Origin: Candidatus Latescibacterota bacterium
GTDB taxonomy: Bacteria; Latescibacterota; UBA2968
Length of the DNA: 64,000 nucleotides
Direction: 5' to 3'
NCBI GenBank assembly: GCA_965116885.1
Contig: OZ220741.1
Location: forward strand, 864,001-928,000
The position numbers and the translations under genes were made by a program. Below, one piece after another: positions 59,914-64,000 of this stretch. Below the pieces are notes generated by a model. It ran no database searches. It had not been told where the DNA came from and was given only the letters and a program-made list of their open reading frames with translations. Numbering within the stretch: position 1 is the stretch's first letter; each line of letters starts with the position of its first letter.

Positions 59914-60937
59914 GCACAAAATCAACCAATCTCCGCACATTCTCCACAGGTGTGCGCTGTAAAATCCCATGCCCCAAATTAAAAATATGCCCCGACTTAC
60001 CCTTCACCGAATCCAATATCCGCCCCGTCTGCCGCTCTATCTCCTCAAAAGGCGCGAACAACACAACGGGATCCAGATTGCCCTGCACACCCACATCATC
60101 GCCCAAACGGCGCCACGCCACATCTATATCAATGCGCCAATCAACGCCAATAACATCGCCCCCCGCCTCTTTCAACAACTCGAGAATACCCGACGTACCC
60201 GTACCAAAATGAATAAGCGGCACATCCACCTCTTCTTTTGCAATCGCAATCGCCTTCTGCGAATGCGGCAACACGTACTCGCGATAATCTGCCGGACTCA
60301 ACGCCCCGACCCAGCTATCAAACACCTGCAACGCCCCGGCCCCCGCCCGGACCTGCGCGATGAGATAATCGCCAATCGCCGTCGCCATCATATCCATCAA
60401 ACGATGCCATTGCGCCGGCTCGCCGTACATCAACCCCTTGGCAATCTCGTAATTGCGCGACGAACCGCCCTCCACCGCATAACAAACCAGCGTAAAAGGC
60501 GCACCCGCAAAACCAATCAACGGAACGCGACCATTGAGTTCTGAGACAGCCATCTGAATGGCATCACTCGCATAAGGCATCGCCTCCTCGGCGGGTCTCA
60601 CGGTCAACGCATCGATATCCGCCACCGTGCGAATCGGATTGTGAATAACCGGACCCTCGCCCTTTACATAATCCAGATCCAAACCCATCGACTCGAGAAT
60701 CGGCAACAAATCCTGAAAAATAATCGCAGCATCCACATCATAAGCATTCACAGGCTGCATCGTAATCGCCGTAGAGATCTCGGGCGTCTTCACCATATCG
60801 AGAAAACTGTAGCGATCGCGATACGTCCAGTAAGCCTTCATATACCGCCCGGCCTGACGCATAAACCAAACAGGCGTCGCATCCACACATTCGCGACGAC
60901 ACGCCTTTAAAAAACGATCTGAACCATCACGCATCAT
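59894..60937 (-). CDS. hemE: Uroporphyrinogen decarboxylase
   Basis: PVWFMRQAGRY, GFAGAPFTL, QGNLDP, IFNLGHG. Confidence 0.96.
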   Translation of the reverse strand: MMRDGSDRFLKACRRECVDATPVWFMRQAGRYMKAYWTYRDRYSFLDMVKTPEISTAITMQPVNAYDVDAAIIFQDLLPILESMGLDLDYVKGEGPVIHNPIRTVADIDALTVRPAEEAMPYASDAIQMAVSELNGRVPLIGFAGAPFTLVCYAVEGGSSRNYEIAKGLMYGEPAQWHRLMDMMATAIGDYLIAQVRAGAGALQVFDSWVGALSPADYREYVLPHSQKAIAIAKEEVDVPLIHFGTGTSGILELLKEAGGDVIGVDWRIDIDVAWRRLGDDVGVQGNLDPVVLFAPFEEIERQTGRILDSVKGKSGHIFNLGHGILQRTPVENVRRLVDFVHEYTAR

Positions 60938-61172
60938 CCATTTCCTCCAGCACCCGCATCAAATCCTCCAGCGACACAATTTCTTCTCCCGTTCTGAGAG
61001 CCTCTGGCGCGGCATCTTCTCCAGAAGTCCCAAACACAAACCACTCAAACTCGCGCAAAAACTTCAAACAATGCCACTGACCTGTACGCGCGTAATCTTC
61101 GCTACACAACTCCCGCGGAATCGGGCACCCGTCGTACAGCCCGCGGGGACATGGTCGGCGTTTTTTCCCCAT
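60927..61172 (-). CDS. Small Cys-containing hypothetical protein (81 aa)
   Basis: Fills the glnA-hemE gap and overlaps the hemE start; four Cys. Confidence 0.6.
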   Translation of the reverse strand: MGKKRRPCPRGLYDGCPIPRELCSEDYARTGQWHCLKFLREFEWFVFGTSGEDAAPEALRTGEEIVSLEDLMRVLEEMDDA

Positions 61173-61181
61173 CCCTGTACC

Positions 61182-62516
61182 TCATAAAATTTTAAGATGT
61201 TGATCCAATTCGTAACCCGTCACCTGCGATCTGTAATTGGCCCATTCGATCTTCTTATTCGCAATAAACTTCTCAAAAATGTGATCGCCCAGGGCATTGC
61301 GAAGCAAATCGCTACCCTCAGCCAGATCAATAGCCTGTGACAGATCCAGAGGCAGGGTTTTAATCCCCGCACTTTCCCGCTCAGCACTGGACATCTCAGC
61401 CACATTTTTTTCCATAGGCGGCGGCACTTCATAGCGTTTTTCAACGCCCTCCAACCCCGCAGCCAACATAATTGCAAATGCCAGATAGGGATTGCAGGCC
61501 GGATCGGGCGACCGGTATTCGATACGCGTAGTACTCTCCTTATCCAGAGAATAGGCCGGCACGCGCACCAGATCCGAACGATTGACCACCGACCACGTCG
61601 TGTACAAAGGCGCTTCATAACCCGGCACCAACCGCTTATACGAATTCACCCACTGATTGGTCACCAGCGTTATCTCACACGCATGCTCGAGCAAGCCCGC
61701 AATAAAATACCGCGCCGTATCCGACAGATGGTACTCATCTTCAGCATCGTAAAACGCGTTAGCCTCTCCCTTAAACAGCGACATATTCGTATGCATACCA
61801 TTGCCATTGACACCAAAAAGAGGCTTGGGCATAAACGTCGCCCAAACGCCGTGCTTCACGGCAATCTCCTTCACCACCAAACGATAAGTCATCGCATTGT
61901 CCGCCATCGTCAGCGCATCGGTATAAAGCAAATCGATCTCGTGCTGGCTGGGCGCATCTTCGTGATGGCTGGACGCCACCTCAATCCCCATCTTCTCCAG
62001 CGTCAACACCGTATCCCGGCGCAAATCACTCGCCACATCCAGAGACGTCTGGTCAAAATACCCACCCTCATCCAGACCCACGAGAGGAACCTCGGGTTTC
62101 TCAAAATAGAAAAACTCCATCTCTGGACTCACGTAAAACGCAAAGCCCATATCGCCTGCGCGTCTCAAATTCTTTTTCAGCACCCAGCGCGGGTCTCCCT
62201 GATATGGATTTCCCCCCGGCTGGAGAATATCGCAAAACATACGCGCAACCGTACCGCCTTCTTGCGGGCGAAAAGGCAGCACCTGAAAAGTATTGGGATC
62301 GGGCATGGCGATCATATCGCTCTCGTCAATGCGCGCAAAGCCCTCTACGGACGACCCATCAAAACCGATCCCCTCGATCAGAGCACCATCGAGTTGCTCA
62401 ACGGGAATGGCGACACTCTTTAGAAAACCCAAAATATCCGTAAACCAGAGCCTGACAAATTTGACCCCGTGTTCTGACGCGGCATTCAGCACGTATTCGC
62501 GGCTTCCTTCGTTCAT
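61182..62516 (-). CDS. glnA: Glutamine synthetase type I (GSI-alpha)
   Basis: FDGSS, PEMEFF, HHE..PSQHE, TFMPKP..GVNGNGMH, NSYKRLVPGYEAP, RIEYRSPD. Confidence 0.96.
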   Translation of the reverse strand: MNEGSREYVLNAASEHGVKFVRLWFTDILGFLKSVAIPVEQLDGALIEGIGFDGSSVEGFARIDESDMIAMPDPNTFQVLPFRPQEGGTVARMFCDILQPGGNPYQGDPRWVLKKNLRRAGDMGFAFYVSPEMEFFYFEKPEVPLVGLDEGGYFDQTSLDVASDLRRDTVLTLEKMGIEVASSHHEDAPSQHEIDLLYTDALTMADNAMTYRLVVKEIAVKHGVWATFMPKPLFGVNGNGMHTNMSLFKGEANAFYDAEDEYHLSDTARYFIAGLLEHACEITLVTNQWVNSYKRLVPGYEAPLYTTWSVVNRSDLVRVPAYSLDKESTTRIEYRSPDPACNPYLAFAIMLAAGLEGVEKRYEVPPPMEKNVAEMSSAERESAGIKTLPLDLSQAIDLAEGSDLLRNALGDHIFEKFIANKKIEWANYRSQVTGYELDQHLKIL

Positions 62517-62546
62517 AGTTATGACCTGTATTTTGTGCGACAAGAG

Positions 62547-62640
62547 CCGGGACGGCACAGGGGCCGTCCCCTACGGTGATATTGTGCTTTGTTGTAGGGA
62601 CAACCCCCTGTGGTTGTCCTGCGACCCCCTGTGGTCGCCC
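62547..62640. repeat. REP doublet plus a third hairpin in the glnA leader
   Basis: 62547-62620 is an inverted near-copy of 38061-38134; GCGACCCCCTGTGGTCGCCC follows. Confidence 0.88.
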
Positions 62641-62701
62641 GCTATCCCATATTTTAATTGTGAAACAACGCAAAAATGATGGTCAAACGTACGCTGATTA
62701 T

Positions 62702-62728
62702 GTTTCCAACAGGTTTCATAAGTGTTTC
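62702..62728 (-). promoter_or_regulatory. Three GAAAC direct repeats with 11-bp period upstream of glnA (GlnR-box-like)
   Basis: Minus strand GAAAC-acttat-GAAAC-ctgttg-GAAAC, about 15 bp upstream of a TTGACC candidate -35. Confidence 0.55.
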
Positions 62729-62903
62729 GCCAATATTAAAAGCAATGGGATTTATGCATAGAAAATTTATTTGCTTATCAGGTTATTCTTTATTATTCTT
62801 CCGCTGCGATTACAAACGTTTCTCATTGCTCCATAGTTGTAAAACAGCTTCCCAGAAAGAGGACACAGCTATAGGGGCTTATTTTTCAAAAGGGAGGACC
62901 ACC

Positions 62904-64000
62904 GTGAAGAAAACTCGAACATCACCCACATACATGATTCCCATTGTCGGACTGCTCGTGCTGGCCGGCGTCTTTTCCAATGCGCCTCCCGCCATAGCAG
63001 ATTGTCCACTTCCTCCCGGCGTGACACCTCCTGCGGAACCGGCTGTAACGGCGCAGCAGGTGGAAGATGGTAGCGCTACCCTGCAGGACTTCGCGCTGGC
63101 CCTGAAAAATCATCCGGAGTTTAGCCAGGTATCGGCGAGTTTGCATAGGCTGTTGCACCTTGGATGTCTCTTCAGGCAGGAGGGGGGGCCGTACCGTTCC
63201 GGTTCCACCTACATCGTACAACTGACGCCCGACAGCAGGCTATCCGCTCACGCAAAGGACATGGCATTATCGGGCAGGCTGCTCAATCCCATAATTTATG
63301 GCGCGATCCTTCAAGCATTGGGAATCAACCCAGCCGACCTCACCGACCGTGCTGCGGCCCTGGCCGCTTTCGCTGCCGCGGTAGCCGGGGATGGCGGCCC
63401 GTTCAATGTGCCCGATATCCCAGGGGCTTCCGGCTATGCCGCCGCAGTTATATCGCCCAGTTTCCAGACCCCGATCGTGCTGCTCGTGGGATTCGATCTC
63501 AACGAATCTCACGTAGTTGAAGAAGTCATCGATTACGGCGACCCGACCATTACCGCCAGTGACGTAGTAGATCGAGAAACCCTGAAGGCATTCGTCACGC
63601 AAGCGGGGGAGCGGTTTCTCGAAATCCAGAAGACCGGCGATCCAGCCGCTTTCTATAAAGCCAGGAACGCCATGCGGGATCCGAACGGACCCTGGAGACA
63701 CGGTTCCGTGTACCTCTACATCCTGGATCTTACCAGCAACATCATCACGTTTCACGGCGCGTTTCCGGACAGATTCGAACTTCAGCCTCTGATAGCCACT
63801 GTCCGAGACGTCGTTACTGGAGAGCTTATACTACCGCAGGTCATCGAAGCGGCAAAAAATAACCCGGAAGGCGGCTTCGTGGAGTATTACTTCGACGATC
63901 CCACGGACGACACAGACAGTGCCGACATTCCCAAGGTGGGATACGCACGCGAGTTCAAAGGTGAACTCAGTTTAGGCGGACGCGTAGTCCCACTCCACTA
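62904..64000 (+). CDS. Secreted Cache-domain-containing protein (partial, runs off the window)
   Basis: Absent from the ORF track. GGGAGG RBS, GTG 62904, MKKTRTS...signal peptide; open to the window end; ETLKAFV...RDPNGPWRHGSVYLYILD...FHGAFP...GGFVEYYFDDP...KVGYA fits an sCache pattern. Confidence 0.75.
   Translation, partial: MKKTRTSPTYMIPIVGLLVLAGVFSNAPPAIADCPLPPGVTPPAEPAVTAQQVEDGSATLQDFALALKNHPEFSQVSASLHRLLHLGCLFRQEGGPYRSGSTYIVQLTPDSRLSAHAKDMALSGRLLNPIIYGAILQALGINPADLTDRAAALAAFAAAVAGDGGPFNVPDIPGASGYAAAVISPSFQTPIVLLVGFDLNESHVVEEVIDYGDPTITASDVVDRETLKAFVTQAGERFLEIQKTGDPAAFYKARNAMRDPNGPWRHGSVYLYILDLTSNIITFHGAFPDRFELQPLIATVRDVVTGELILPQVIEAAKNNPEGGFVEYYFDDPTDDTDSADIPKVGYAREFKGELSLGGRVVPLH

Noticed and set aside
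62740..62900. Riboswitch or ncRNA upstream of the Cache gene or glnA
   Set aside because: No recognisable conserved aptamer; a covariance-model search would be needed

Overview
A 64 kb, gene-dense bacterial chromosomal segment (about 55 CDS) from a diderm organism with many lipoproteins. The gene style (GTAG-REP repeats, Rpn, Cache-domain and sialidase/BNR proteins) suggests a Gemmatimonadota/Latescibacterota-like lineage, possibly host-associated; this is inference only. Core genes: M42 peptidase, ychF-like, glgP, rel, a double-length fused uvrA, rnr, sodN, CIRCE-groES-groEL, pyrD, rlpA, hemE-hemH-hemY and glnA. Accessory genes: two HigBA-type toxin-antitoxin pairs, orphan DUF433 and DUF2442 genes, an Rpn nuclease, a sugar ABC transporter, an ABC-2 exporter, GH5, sialidase/BNR, and DUF2089-DUF4097. 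No rRNA, tRNA, CRISPR array or intact IS was seen. Most notable: (1) an Rpn gene with a strong internal RBS and in-frame ATG that predicts an intragenic antitoxin; (2) a Rel enzyme that has lost its hydrolase ED dyad and metal-ligand Asp, at the end of a tight pseudo-receiver/oxidoreductase/glgP/rel operon; (3) a single-chain UvrA dimer translationally coupled to a secreted GH5; (4) a class-1 DHODH with a class-2-type Ser base; (5) a GTAG-REP/REPIN family that supplies stop codons and recurs as a 74-bp composite; (6) GlnR-like 11-bp-periodic boxes upstream of glnA. All calls come from motif reading; no database searches were run.
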